A stretch of 64,000 bases of DNA from Octopus vulgaris (GCA_951406725.2 OX597833.1:28024001-28088000), one strand, 5' to 3'. Counted from the stretch's first letter, positions 28,948 to 44,270 are shown. Numbers and translations are program-made. Notes: generated by a model from the sequence alone, not told the origin.

Positions 28948-30204
28948 GGAGGGAGTACTCAAAAGAAACAGGTATTTTGCAATATTCTTTTATTCCCCTT
29001 ATTTTATAGGTTTGCATTTTTATTGCCTTCAAAGTTTTCCACTGTTCGTAGCAGTCCTGGAACTCTTGCAAAGCGATACCTTTTAACGCCTTCGTGGGTT
29101 TTTTTTTCTTCCTCATCTGCAAAACGCTTTCTTTAAGGACTTTCTTCATTCGGGGGCTAGAAAATAGGACCATGGAGCAAGATCAGGTGATTAGAGAGGT
29201 TGGGTAAGTGGGGTCATGCCATTTTTGGTCAAAAATGGTTTCACACGCAAAGTGGTATGCGCAGAGGCATTGTCGTGATGAAACCCACCACTCTCCACAT
29301 TGTCACAAGTCGGGGCGTTTTCGACTCACTGCGTCTCGCAAATGCTTCAGAACTGCCAAGTAAAATGTCTGGTTAATAGTTTGACCAGGAGGAACAAATT
29401 CTGTGTGAACAATTCTTTTCACACCGATGAAACAGATCAACATCATTTTAACATTGGCCTTCACTTGACGCGCTTTTTTAGGGCGTGGTGACATCAAATG
29501 CTTCCATTGACTTGATTGCTACTTCGTTTCTGGGTCGTAGCTGTAGGAGCAGCTTTCGTCACTAGTGATGACCTTCGAAAAAAGGTCCGGATCAACTTCC
29601 AACTGTTCTTTCAGTTCATGACACGCATTTAGTCGTGACTGCTTTTGATCTTCTATGAGTAGGCGAGGTACAAATTTTGCTGCAACTCTTTTCATTTGCA
29701 ATTCTTCGCTCAAAATTCGCTGGCAGGAGCTCCAGGACACACCAGTCATATCAACAAGTTCGTGAATTGTTCGGCGACGGTCCTCCAAGATCAATTCATG
29801 AATTTTTATGAAGCTTTCATTCGTTCAGAAGATCGACGTTCGCCCTGAACGAGGTTGGCCTTCAAGCGACAAGTGACCATTCCTAAAGCGTGAAAACCAG
29901 TCGTAAACTTGTGTTTTGCTCATGGCAGCGTCTTTGTAAGTTGTTTGAACAACTGTTTCGGCCGCCATATTCAGCCAACAGAAAACAGAATTTCCTTCGT
30001 TTCGGCCATCACAAAAATCCACGAACAGGGGAAAAGCACTGCAAAACAAAGACGCACCACGTAGCAGCACGACCTCAGACGACGACGTCTGTTAGAAGAC
30101 TGATACCTGAGGGTTGCATCAAGTGACTTCTAGCGGCGGAAGTGTGAACTTAACGGGCTTGTCCCGCAGAGAACGTTTCCGGTTACTTTTGGGTAAGTGC
30201 TCTG
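28948..30204 (-). mobile_element. Near full-length decayed mariner transposon (about 1.26 kb)
   Basis: Fragments VYDWFSRFRNG...PRSGR, AAKFVPRLL, ITSDES...YDPETK, SPRPKKAR...EFVPPGQTIN; degenerate TIRs (GTACTCAAAAGAAACAGG vs reverse-complement TTACCCAAAAGTAACCGG). Confidence 0.92.
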
Positions 30205-30924
30205 AGATTACTTACTATAACAAACTGTGTGTGTGTGTGTGCGTGTCTGTGTGTCTGTGTGTCTGTCTGTGTTTGTGTCTGTGTGTGTGCGCGTGCGCGC
30301 GTGTCTGCACAGAAGAACATATATTTTACTGCCGATGCTTTGCTGTATGTGTGTATGTGTTTACACGCGCGCATACACACATACATCCCAACATCCTCCA
30401 CCCCCACAGGCACCCTATACACATAGTATGTATATATATTTTCATAGCTGGGGGTTCCCCACGGTGACGTAGCAACATGTACGCCGCTTTTGCTAATTGT
30501 TGTAGGTGCCCATATAATGGTGAACAGACATAAACAACCTCTCGACTCTTCTCTCCTTTTACTCAAGATGTTACAGATGGACGGAGAGAAAGTTGTACCA
30601 ACACTCGACTTGTACACATTTTGAAGCGAGTTGAATGAAGTAACGTGCAATATAGTGCCTTACGAAAAGACACAACGTGCTGCCCGACCCAGGAATTGAA
30701 TCCATAACATTCTTAATCATGAGCTGAATACTCTAAGCATTAGACCACACACCCAGAAAGAAATTGTACTGGGGTTTACTTGGTCGAACAGACCTTTCGA
30801 TATTCTTCTAGAAGCTTTATGCTTTGGATTCTTTATACGATGATCAGCTTTACCTAATACCAATAACTCGGTTTTACTGTATCACTTTTGCGGGAGAATA
30901 CTAGCGTATACCAGAACCAAAGGC

Positions 30925-31035
30925 ACAGTCGTGACTGTGTGGTAAGAAGCTTGCTTCCCAACCACATGGCTCCAAGTTCAGTCCCACTGCGTGGCGCTTT
31001 GGGCAGGTGCTTTGTATTATAGACTCAGGCCGACT
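30925..31035 (+). mobile_element. SINE family A, head only
   Basis: GACTGTGTGGTAAGAAGCTTGCTTCCCAACCACATGG...AGTTCAGTCCCACTGCGTGG. Confidence 0.8.
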
Positions 31036-31759
31036 ATGAAGATGTGTGTGTGTGTGTTACATATATAATACATATGTATTATGTATGTAATACACACATA
31101 GGAGAAGTCAACTCGAGACCAAGTAAGACCACTTCTAAAACTCGGCAAGTCCGAACAAACGTACCGACAGTTCAGGGAGTTGCTGAGCGTGAATTTGCTT
31201 TGAGTGGATAAAGTGTTTCACTGCACTGAATCCACTTTTCAGTGCAATCAGCTAAAAAACCAGTGCACAACAGAGGTTGAGACGACCAGAAACCAACAGC
31301 ACTTCAGGTTTTACTCTACGAGTTTATCTTCTACAAGGACGTTTTAATGAGAACTAGATGTCTTTCACTCTAACGGATGCTAATAATCTGGATCAGAGTA
31401 GATGTGGGACCAATAGCGGTTAAGAGGCAGTTCCACAAAGACCCTAGAACTCAACATGAGGTAGAATCATGTGTATTTAACACATCTCTTATCTCCAATG
31501 AACAAACCTGTTCTTTTCCTTAATGCATATCATCATTAGAGAAAGCTTTATTTTTGAGATTCTTTTCATTTGTCATATGGAGGTGGTCCCATTTGCTGTC
31601 TGGTAATTATGATACATTTCCTAGAAGCGAAGATGACTTTAATAAATCAAGAATTTATATTGTACTGTATTTGGTGTACTGTATTTGTCTATGCTGTTCA
31701 TCTATATGATACGAGCCACTTAGAGTTATTCCTCTAAGCTCACATCTGTTTTCATGATG

Positions 31760-32200
31760 TGTTTGAGAGGGAAACATAAACTCAGATAAATATGTGTCTA
31801 TATTGCAGAAAGGACTCCTTCCAATCTTCTCAAGTGGCGAAATGATTAAAGAAGACCCTTTATTTATGTAAGATGGGACTCCTTGTCACGCGGCTAAAAT
31901 GACCCAAGATTTGCTGGAAGAGAATGGCATTAAAAAGCTTCCATGGCCAAGCCAGCCACCAGATATGAACCCTATTGAACACCTCTGGGGCATAATGGAC
32001 AGGACACCTCTTAAAAAGAATAAGAAAGCATTTTCAAAGCCAGATCTTTTGAGATTACTGCATGAAACTTGGCAAGAAATTCCCCAAGAGAATATTCGTC
32101 ATCTGATCAGTAACATGCCTAATAGGGTCCTTGCATTGAAAAATGCAAAGGGCATGCCTACTAAACACTTAATATTCACATAATAAGAATTAATAAATAA
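31760..32200 (+). pseudogene. Tc1-family transposase 3' half (D34E)
   Basis: EGNINSDKYVSILQKGL...DGTPCH...WPSQPPDMNPIEHLW; 34 residues counted between the second D and the E. Confidence 0.9.
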
Positions 32201-32334
32201 TTTAAATATATAATTTCAGATTTAAATAAATTAATTTCTGTCATGTCTGTGTATACACGCACAAACAGATACATATGCATATCTATCATTATATAAATGG
32301 ATATCTATAAAAATTATATATATACAGACATACT

Positions 32335-32417
32335 CAGAACGACCATTGCTGGTGACAGCTCCCCATACTATTACAGAGATACCGCCATGTTTCACCGTTG
32401 GTTGAAGTCGTTTCAAA
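32335..32417 (-). pseudogene. Tc1 transposase fragment, inverted relative to 31760-32200
   Basis: KRLQPTVKHGGISVIVWGAVTSNGRSE, the conserved TVKHGG...VWG block. Confidence 0.85.
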
Positions 32418-32595
32418 TATACTAAATACACAGGCGAACAGAAAACACAGAAGGTCACCGATTCTTCATCAGTTATCAGTCAGAGGATCAAATGCAATTT
32501 CGGCCATTATCGATACTGATTCCACTGTGGAGGTATCGACAAGAAAATTGCTGGGAATGGGTCCAAAACATAACAAAGCGATATTTTCATTCTTT

Positions 32596-32651
<56 letters not shown>

Positions 32652-33117
32652 CCCTCCTCCCACTATCACATGACTCGTGACGACCTAAGGCGGTGTCATT
32701 CTTTTTCGTATTGCCTTCAACCGCACTGGAGACGGTTTTCTGAACTCCTCGCTCTACCCCTCCCGTGTTTATAGTCCTTTAGGACAGTTTTCATTTCTCC
32801 TTCACGTTACCCATTTTTGTCTTGTCTTGCAGCCCCGAGGCTCTTTGTTGTATAGTATCATCATTACTGTCTTCGTGTGGCCCTAAGCCTTTAATGTGTT
32901 TATTGTTTTGCTCCTCGTCTGTCCACTAAGGGTCTCGTCTCGAGCCCGTCTCGTTTTGTTATGTTTTGGCCTCCTTCCCGGCAAGCTTCTTGTCGGTGCC
33001 TCCAGAGTGGAAGCAATATTATCGATAACGGCTGAAATTGCGTTTGACCCTCTGGCCGATAACTGATGAAGAATTGGTGACCTTCTGTGTTTTCTGTTCG
33101 CCTGTGTATTTAGTATA
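32418..33117. repeat. Inverted repeat, arms about 165 bp (32418-32581 / 32951-33117), probably PLE-derived
   Basis: The peptide ILNTQANRKHRRSPILHQLS appears in opposite-strand ORFs 32398+ and 32883-; CTGATGA core at 33063. Confidence 0.88.
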
Positions 33118-33145
33118 CGTTCGTCTGTTTGTTTACTGCACATTT

Positions 33146-34245
<1,100 letters not shown>

Positions 34246-34869
34246 CAGTCAAGTATACCAGAAGTCCTTACTGTTTCGGGCAGTTACACTTGAGACAGTT
34301 CGATCTGGTTGCCCCCCAAAAATGTTCAGCTAAGTGCATTAGACTTTTTTGTAAGAAAGCTAGCGAATGTGTACGGCGACAAATTCAAAAAACGGAGAAC
34401 ATGGTACACAATTACAAATACAAACAACAAGAATATAACAACAGGTGTCTTTCGACCGAGAACGAATCAAATTGAACTGGCGTGTATGAAGTGAAAGCCT
34501 AAAGGCAGGAACATAGAAGATGGACATAAGAGGTGTTGGCGGTCGGCAGTCTGGCCAAGAAAGAAAGATCATGGCTGGCCGGACACCGGTCACGTGGAAG
34601 GAAGAGAGAGTGGGAGAGGCAGCGAGATTGAAGGATTAGAAAAAAATCAGAGACAAAGGGAAGGTACAGGGGAGATAAACGAGGAGGAAAAGTGGGAGTT
34701 AAGGAAAGAGAGGGCCAAGAAATGTGAGAAAGAAAGGGGTAGCAAGAAAAAGAAAAGGGGAAGAAAGTATGAAGGTGACTAAAAGATAGAGTAAGAGTCG
34801 CACAAAATTTAGAAACATGCCTACTATAAGGTAAGCACAAGTGTGTTCGTACGCTGCTATATGTATATA

Positions 34870-34985
34870 CAACAGGCTTCTTTCATTTTCCGTCAACCAA
34901 CTTCGCTTACAAGAATTTGGTTGGCCCGAGGCTATAGTAGAAGACACTTGCTTAAGGTGCCATGCAGTAGGACTGAACCCAGAAA
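34870..34985 (-). mobile_element. SINE family A, partial
   Basis: GGCCCGAGGCTATAGTAGAAGACACTTGC...GGACTGAACCC. Confidence 0.8.
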
Positions 34986-35153
34986 CATACACATATATAT
35001 ATATATATTTGAATTTCATCTAGTTTCAGCTCACGAGCTGTGGCCATGCTGGGGCACCGCCATTTGGTGTTACTACATAAATTTACTTCACGAATGCTTT
35101 TTAGCAATTGACATTTGGTGCATCAGTGTTTGATGCAGCTGCCCTCATCTGCA

Positions 35154-35199
<46 letters not shown>

Positions 35200-35339
35200 A
35201 TGCATTAAAACTCGTCCGTACATATCTATATATATATGTATGCATATATATATATGTATGTGTGTGTGTGTGTGTGTGCCTGTCTGTCTGTCTGCCTGTC
35301 TGTCTGTGTCTGCGTTTGTGTGCGCGTGTGTGCCTTTGT

Positions 35340-35545
35340 GTTTCGTTTGTCCTCTGCCACTGCTTGCCAAATGATGTTGGTTTGTTTGTGTTCCCGCATC
35401 TTAGCGATTCGACAAAAGTGACCGATAAAATAAGTCCCAGGCATTAAAAAAATAAGTACTGGGTTCGATCCATTCGAAAAAGCCCTTCAAAGCAGTGCCC
35501 CTGTATGGCCGCGGTTCAGTGAGTGAAACAGGTAGAAGATAAACG
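35340..35545 (+). mobile_element. SINE family A, 3' half
   Basis: TTTGTCC...GACCGATAAAATAAGT...ATGGCCGCGG...GAAAC. Confidence 0.7.
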
Positions 35546-37211
35546 ATTAAATACAAGAGTTGTCCTAGGCTTAAACATTTTATTTAATTACGATCGAAAA
35601 ATCCCGTTCCCTCTGAAAAATCTAATATTCCCATAAACCCTCTTAATATTTGCCTTGCGAGCCCACAACGCCCCTAAGGAGAGGTTAACGCCAGGGTTAG
35701 ATTAAGACCAATAGAAGCTCTAAGCACTTAAAAGATTTTAGTGTCCCCATATATATGTAATTCAAAATATAAACAATAATAAACCATGATTATTTTTTCT
35801 CAAAATAAGATAAAATGAGATAAAAGATGGAAAATAATATATATTTTTGTATATTTCTATTCTATTTATACTTGAAAAGTTTTCTCCAACTTTTTTTAAT
35901 TGCCAAGTCTTTGATCAGATCCTCACTATGACACCATGAACACTTCGAAATTACATTTCCAATTATATGAGTATTATTTTAGCAAGTTTAAAGTGTTTTC
36001 TTTTGTGCCGTAAACCATTCATCATTTCTGTTAATCCAGCGCCATATTAAGTCCTTGAAACCTACCACAAAATGCTATGATAGTCATGGCTGGAACGTCT
36101 TTCATCATAAGTCAGCTAGTCGCGAATGACCCGCAACTACGGGAGAGGTGATATAATTATTAATGATGACATATTCATGATAGTTGATGGTTTGGGGGGA
36201 TTTTGTTTTTTTGTTTTTTGTCTTTTTTCAGTTTTCAATTCCAACCACGACTAGCCTATTGTTTTAAGAGTACCTCGGACTACGACAACTAATATGTCCG
36301 TTCCCTCTTAGGAAACTATGGTGTTAATTGAGGTAAATTGACTGCTAATTATGGAAGATCGAAAGAAGGGTAATGGCACCTCGTTGTCTCATCATTCTTC
36401 ATTGTGGTGATAATGGCGGCGGTGGCGGTAGTGCTAGTTGTAATAATAGACTGCAATAGTAATATAATAGTAGTGATGGTGATAGTAGTTGTGATAGTAG
36501 GTTGTAATAGTAACTGTAATAGTAGTGGTTATGATGGTATTGGTCGTGTGGTGGTGGTCGAGGTCGTGTTGGTTGTGATGCTGATGGTTGTGCAGCTGCC
36601 GATTGTGGTGGTGGTGCTGCTGCTGCTGTTGCTACTGCTGCTGGTTGTGATGATGGTAGTCGTTGCCATGTGGTAGCGGTTGTGATAATGATCTGTAATA
36701 GTGGTGATATTAGAGACGCTGATAGTTATATTAGTGGTAATCTGGTTGTGGTTATGGTTATGATAATGGTTATTGTTGTTGTCGGAAAGGTGGTGGTGCT
36801 GGTGGTGGTGGTGCTGGTGAGGTAGTTATCGGCAAACGGTGAGGTGAGCTGGGCTGGGCCTCACGGTACAACCAACCATTCCGCTTGGGGATCGCCTATC
36901 TCACTGAAGTTTCTGCACTTGATTCTCTTTCATTCTTCCTCATGCCACTGTCAATGGCATCAAACGTTCAAACTTGATGAGTCGTCCTCCTCCGTCTCCA
37001 TCACCTACACCTCCTCATTATTCTCTTTCTCTTATTTGCTCCTCCTCATCATACCTCTACTGCTGCTGCTACTACTACCACTACTACTTCTTCACAACTT
37101 CATTAACAATTGTTTTGTTTCTTGGCGTCGTTTTGTTTTATCTCTTGCGTCTTCATTTGACGAGTTTCTTGTCTCTTGTTTAGCTTTGTGTATCCGCATA
37201 TATATACATAC

Positions 37212-37245
<34 letters not shown>

Positions 37246-37295
37246 ATGTGTGTGTATACATATATACATATATACACATATACATATATATATAA

Positions 37296-37390
<95 letters not shown>

Positions 37391-37408
37391 CATACATACA
37401 TACATACA

Positions 37409-37453
<45 letters not shown>

Positions 37454-38614
37454 GGATATATATGAGTGTGTTTGTGTGTGTTTGTGACTGTATGTATATT
37501 ATATATATACATATATACATATATATGTATGTATGTATGTGTGTATACATACACACACACACGCATATATATGTATGTATGTTTATGCGTGTATGTGTGT
37601 ATATGAATGCGTGATTGTGTATTGTTAGCGGTTGTATATGAGTATTAGAAAGAAACTTTGTGCATGTGTATGTATGCGTGTGTGTGTGTGTGCGTGCGTG
37701 CGCGCGCGCGTGTGTGTTTCACAGCAGCCATCTTTACCTAGCACAAAGGAGCCAATTAATTTATAAAGGAGATCTGCAATTTTATTTTTTTTTTTTTTCG
37801 GGGTATTTTTTTCTCCTCTTCATTACCTCCTCAACCTCAACTGTATCCCCCCACCTCTACTTGAACCCCCATCTCCAACTTCACCGCAGCTGCACCGCAC
37901 CACTCCCATCACTGACAATCACGATGCCGTCAACTGCAAAAACAACAGCAATAACAACAACAACAATCGGCATGAACAATTAGAAAATCGTCGCCAACGT
38001 CATCATCACTATCGTCATCATCATAATCCTCATCATCATCATTGTCAAATTCCCCATCATCATCAGCAGCAGCACCATCAGCAGCAGCAACCACAACATC
38101 AACAACAACAGCAACTGTCACAGTAAACAATCTATATTTGACTGAAGCATTCCTCACTCTGACACAACCACCATCAACAACAGCCACAAAAACAAAAACC
38201 AGAACATCAATACCACACACAATCTACTCTGGAATCAAATCCAGCACCACACCACCAATAACAACACACCACGCCATCACCATTAACAAGAGAACTTGAA
38301 TATGATCACCCGAACTGCTAAAAATACTAACTAAATTCCCTTTTAATCACTCTCATCTTAAAAGCATCTAAGACGTTGGATCATGTAGTCTCGGATTGTA
38401 TAACTGAACATAAAAGACTGGGTAGTCATGATTGGAATACTTTTGGCCATAGATCCACTCAGTGGCCGATCTGAGGCTCCACATAAATAACACAACAACT
38501 CAAAACCGAAGCTATGTGCGGTCACAAAATCTGCTAAAAATAGCAGCTAAATCTCCTTCAGGTTACGCGCTTTGCTGTCTGATGTAGTCCGAAATACATT
38601 ACGAGTCAATAAAT

Positions 38615-38895
38615 GAAGGTGCATGACATAGTCGTTAGGGTATGCGGCTCAAGTCATAAGGTCTTAAGTTCGGTTCCCAGCGGAGCGTTGTGTCCTTGAG
38701 CAAGACACTTTATTTCATGTTGTTCCAGTCCACTCGGCTGGTAAAAATGAGTTGTACCTGTAATTCAAAGGGCCAGCTTTATCACATCGTGTGTCTCGCT
38801 GAATCTCCCTGAGGACTACGTTTAAGGGTACGCATGACTGTGTAGTGCCCAGCCACTTGCACGTTAATTTCACGAGCAGGCTGTTCAATCAGATT
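38615..38895 (+). mobile_element. tRNA-derived SINE family D
   Basis: Colinear with the reverse complement of 24972-25250. Confidence 0.82.
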
Positions 38896-40011
38896 GGTGT
38901 TTTCTTTGATTCATTATGTTGTTTGTTTGCTATTGATTTTGAGTTGTTTTTTTTTAAGTGAAGATCCCGTGGTAAGTACAATGGCTGACAACCTCTGTTA
39001 CTGATGTAGCTATCGCTCATGACATTCCTTTCTCCTTCCGCAGCTTTATCTGAAAAATACCAACCATGCTTCGATTACCTCAAGGAACACATCAGAAAAT
39101 AACTCAAAAATACTTTCACAAACATGGTTTTAAAAAAACAGCCTTAGAACAAGAAATAAAATTAAGTTTCGAGTACTCAACAACCCTCCACAATCACCAA
39201 CATAGACAAAACAGAAGCAGCATAGACAAAACATGGACACAGGAGCAGAAGCATGATACTGTAGTGCAAACATAGCACTGCGGAACAAAGAGACAACACA
39301 GTACGAACATAAACACAATTGTAAAAATTAAAATCCTGTAGTAAAAACATAACACTGCAGTGTAAATATGTTACCACGTTGCATATGTACATGCTCACAT
39401 GTTCGTTCGTCAGAACGACGTGGACGATCTAGTCTTCATGGTTGAAAGACAGCTGGTTGATGACTTACGCAGTAACTCTGCAGTAGTTCTCATCCGTGAT
39501 TCCTATTTTATTCAATAGAAGGGGTCTTTCGTAGCCATTCGATATCTAAAAACTCCTATAATATTTTTATAATTGAATATTATTAGGAATTGTATTAAAA
39601 AACTGTTTAAACAGTGTGTATTGTAGAAATATAAGCAGTTTATTGCACATAAATTTTAACAACAAAATCTTATATGGACACCAACGCCACCACCCCACAT
39701 GAGCCATACGGAACCGGTTTAGGGCTATTGATTTAAAGTGAAGATAAATTGCGTGCAATCAACCTTACTTTATCGTCCGTTACTATACTCAGCCCAGTGG
39801 ATGACCAGGATATCTTGCACGCTTCATCTTACTTTCTGCACTTCACAATGATTTGATGTAGCTGCCTTTCTTTTCATTGATCCATAAAAGGTTTCTTCCG
39901 CAAAGTTCGCTGGATCCAGTCTTCATATAGGGAAGCCCTAACTCATCAACTTTCATACCAGCAACTCTTAAGAATATCAAATGCAATCAAAGTTTACACT
40001 CAACATTACCA

Positions 40012-40126
<115 letters not shown>

Positions 40127-40676
40127 GATGCAGTACTAGGCAGTGGCTCTCATGGCTTCTGATCTTAACTGATTGGAAGTGCTATCATGTACATTGTTTT
40201 GCCTTGGTATAAAATACGGGCTACAGAAAATATTCTGCTCAATACCACAGATTTGCTTGTCAGTTGTTTGACCTTAACCAGTTGAGCAAGTCCCTTAGTG
40301 GCTGACGATATGTGCATCTCCGATCACGAGCAGAAGTAGTGGGGGTGCATCATAGCCAAGTGTTGTGAGGGATTCTTTGGGGTTTGAATAATTCACCTCT
40401 GGAAACATGGGTGCTTCGTTCAACATCCTTAAACAACCCTTGTTCAGGGACCTTTTGAGCGGGATGGGTTACTCGACCAGTAGAAAATTCTAACTGGGCC
40501 CCACCTGCAAGGTCATGTGCTGTTTATCTTGGTATGATATCAGCATGTCGCGCACACATGGTTGTGATGCATGTGCCTGGTGTACTCTTATCAGACGGGT
40601 AGTCATGATGGGTATACTGGGCTTCGTATATTTTACCCCAGTGTCACCTTGATGGCATGCACTGCTCTCTCACTCA
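40127..40676. mobile_element. About 550-bp non-coding insert flanked on both sides by (TAA)n
   Basis: Sharp boundaries to (AAT)n on both sides, complex interior richer in GC than the flanks, no recognisable coding frame. Confidence 0.6.
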
Positions 40677-40769
40677 ATAATAATAATGATGATGATGATG
40701 ATGATAACAATAATAATAATGATAATAATACCACTACTACTACGCTCACACGAAAGGTAAACTCACTAG

Positions 40770-40945
40770 CAATTACAAGCCAACGGCGTCTGTCTTTACG
40801 TTCTGAGTTCAAATTCCGCCGAGGTTGACTTTGCCTTTCATTTTTTCGAGGTCGATAAAATAAGAAGCAGTTAAACATTGAGGTCGATGTAATTGACTTA
40901 CCCACTCCACTGAAAATACTGGCCTTGTACCAAAATTTGAAAACA
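40770..40945 (+). mobile_element. SINE family C
   Basis: CTTTACGTTCTGAGTTCAAATTCCGCCGAGGTTGACTTTGCCTTTCAT. Confidence 0.85.
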
Positions 40946-41359
40946 ATTACAAGACAATTGGGAGCAATTGCATAGTTGCTCAACATGTAAAAATAGCTCC
41001 TAAACCTCCCTCAAATCAAACTCCATCGGCGCAAACAAGGGGAAAAAAACAATTAAATAACTTAAACCTAAACACCTATAGAAAGAAAGGAAGACACTCA
41101 CGGCTGGAACGGCTCTTACCATAGGTTTAATGGATCTAGGCTGACCTGGAGCAAAATACTGCGAATAGGTAGAGACTGGACAATGGGGAAAATAGATGTC
41201 TAAACTGCTCCACTGCACAAACTGCTGCATGTCGTGGTGCATAGTGCAACACAGCACACCAAAAAGAAAACCAGTGTACGATGGAGTGCAAAGCGCATCG
41301 CTGCACCCCAAAGAACAGACTACTGCATATTGGAGCACGCCGTCTAGCACTGCACACCA

Positions 41360-41550
41360 ATTTCGTCCATCTTTACGTTCTGAGTTCAAATTCCGCCGAG
41401 GTTGACTTTGCCTTTCATCCTATCGGGGTTAATAAAATAAGTACCAGTTGTCGAGGGATCGATATATAAGTACCAATTGAGTACTGGGGTTGATGTAATC
41501 AACTTATCCCCTCCCAAAAAATTGCTGTCCCCGTGCCAAAATTTGAAACC
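41360..41550 (+). mobile_element. SINE family C
   Basis: Same core as 40770, with tail GTGCCAAAATTTGAAACC. Confidence 0.85.
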
Positions 41551-42926
41551 AATTTGGTAAAAACAATGAACAGCTACATGTTTGAGTTAGCAGTTTCACA
41601 CTGCGCAACAAATAACAAGACTGATGCAAAGTGTGACATTGCCAAAGAAGCAGCAGCATACAACTGCATATCTGAGTACACAGTACACCGTACACAAAGC
41701 AGCAGAATGCTGCATGCAGGTGTGCATTGTGCTACACAACACCACAAGCCAATATGGAGTGGTGGTATATCGCATACCAAACAAGAGATTTCCACGCTTT
41801 CTTTCTCTCTCCCTCCTTTGTTCCCGCAAATTGATCAGACTATCTAATGAGTGAGTCGTGGGCTTTCATGTGTATAGGGACGTCTGCAGGGTGGAGATTT
41901 TATGGCGTCTAACCCACGTCCTTGCCAATTTCAAAATCACAGATCTTAGCATATCCCCTGTTCCTGAAAACCATTTCCATAAACGTTCGTAAGGAACCCC
42001 TTAGTGCCCTTTTTCTTCAGAAATAGAGGGAGAATTGAGCTTCAGCGGGGGCAGTGATCTCTTTTCTGTAAAAATGTCTGAAGAAACTAGTGAACATGAT
42101 CGTTATAAATGGACAACATCGATCCGACCGTGACCATCAGTTCGTTACGGAACGGTTCAATACTAACATCTAGTTGACAAAGGAATCCACTGATGATTGT
42201 CTAGAATTAAATAACATCAGTAAAAACCATCTGCATCACGACCATCCCCTATAAGCAGTATAAAGTTGGGTGGCCTCTATGTCGTCATTCTACCTCCTAG
42301 AAATAGTAACAAGGTCTCTTTCAAGTCACACGCCAGTGGGTTTCAAAAAGAAGGATTAGTACATATTGAATAGTGTACTCCTAGATATTAGCCTGGATGG
42401 TCACGAATTGAAATGTTTTTGATCATACCTCTACTGGAACAAGATTAAACAAAAACAACAAAACAACAACTACTACTACTACTTTTCAACTGGCGTCGTC
42501 TCACCATCTACTACACTGTCACTACCACCATCACACACCACTACATCACTACATACACTACAAATGACACAAACGGCCAGCATCATCACCAGCACCAACC
42601 CCTCCAGCACCATCACCACTATTACTACAACCATCTTCACCAAGATCATCCCCGCCTCCACCGCCACCACCAATAACAACAACAGCAACAACAACACAGC
42701 AATCCGTATCAAAAGAAAAAGAAATTGACGAGAACGGGAGAAGGGCAAGAAGAGCTGGAGGTGGAGTTAAAGAGAAAGTGAAAGTAAAAAGGAGGAAGAT
42801 TGTTTGAGAGAGAGGGAGGAGAAAATGGTGGTGGTGGTGGTAATGGTGGTGGTGGTGGAGGGAGAGATACAGAGAGAAAGAAAGAGACAGAGAGAAAGAG
42901 AGAGAGAGAAAAAGAGAGAGAGAAAA

Positions 42927-42969
<43 letters not shown>

Positions 42970-43529
42970 TAAAGAGAGAGAAAGAGAGAAACGTCCGCCA
43001 TCGCAATCATATTTCATACAAGTGCACGCATGCACATATACGCAACTGACAACCCACCACAAACAACAACAACCATCACCGCCACCACCGCCAAAAACCA
43101 CCACCATCTCCATCCCCACCGTTCTCCATCCTCCAACCCCATCCCCCACTACTTCCCTTCCTCCCAGCTAATTCCCAATGGACCAGTCCAGATCATTCCA
43201 CTAATTTCCCAACTAAAAACGAATTTAGAGAAACAATTAATTAGATTTTAATTTCATCTGATACTGCTGCTGCTGCTGATGATGATGATGGTGATGACGA
43301 CGACGACGACGACGATGACTATGATGATGACGATGATGATGTCCTTCTAAAACCTGCTGTTGTTTTTGTTCTTGTTAGTGTCTCAGTTGTTTCTGTAGTG
43401 GATTTTGTGGTTTCCTCTGTTGTTGCTGTTGTCGTCATTGTTGTTCACTCCATATCTATCTAGCATTCATTTATTTTTACGTCATGCTTTTCATCCCTTT
43501 CTCTCTCTCTTTCCCTCTTTCCCTTTCCC

Positions 43530-43604
<75 letters not shown>

Positions 43605-44021
43605 TACTAGCTAGTTTTGTTGTTGCCTGAATATTCTATGTATCTGTCCAGACTTTCCATATTTTTTGCTTATAAATATATATCTCTCTCCCTCCCTCCC
43701 CACCTCTCTCTCTCTTTCTTCCATACATACACTTACACTCTCCTCTTTCTCTTCCCCACCTCTTTCTTTCTCCCCTTTTCCCTTTCCCCCTTTCACTCTC
43801 TTCTTTTCTCTTACCCTTTTTCTGTTCATTCCTCGTTATTCCTCTTCTCTTTTCTCTTTCTTCTCTCTCTATCTCAGTCTCTCTTGTTCTCTCCCGTCTC
43901 TCTCCATCTACCTACCTCTTTCTAGTTACATACCCTTGCCCCGGTATCTCTTTAATAGAGAATACGGTTTAAACACGACATAAACTACCTTGAAAAGAGA
44001 GCAGTAAATAAAAGGATCTAA

Positions 44022-44089
<68 letters not shown>

Positions 44090-44270
44090 CCTTTCTACTA
44101 TAGGCACAAGGCCTGAAACTTGGGGAGGGGGGCTAGTCGATTATCTCGACTCCAGTGGGTAACTGGTACTTATTTCATCGACCCCGAGAAGACGAAAGGG
44201 AGAGTCGACCTCGGCGGAATTTGAACTCAGAATGTAAGGACGGATGGGCGAAATGCCGCTAAGCATTTAG
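44090..44270 (-). mobile_element. SINE family C with (TTA)n tail
   Basis: GTCGACCTCGGCGGAATTTGAACTCAGAA; adjoins (AAT)n at 44023-44089. Confidence 0.87.

Noticed and set aside
42010-42135. Possible splice acceptor TTTTCTTCAG followed by a short open frame
   Set aside because: No convincing donor and no recognisable peptide.
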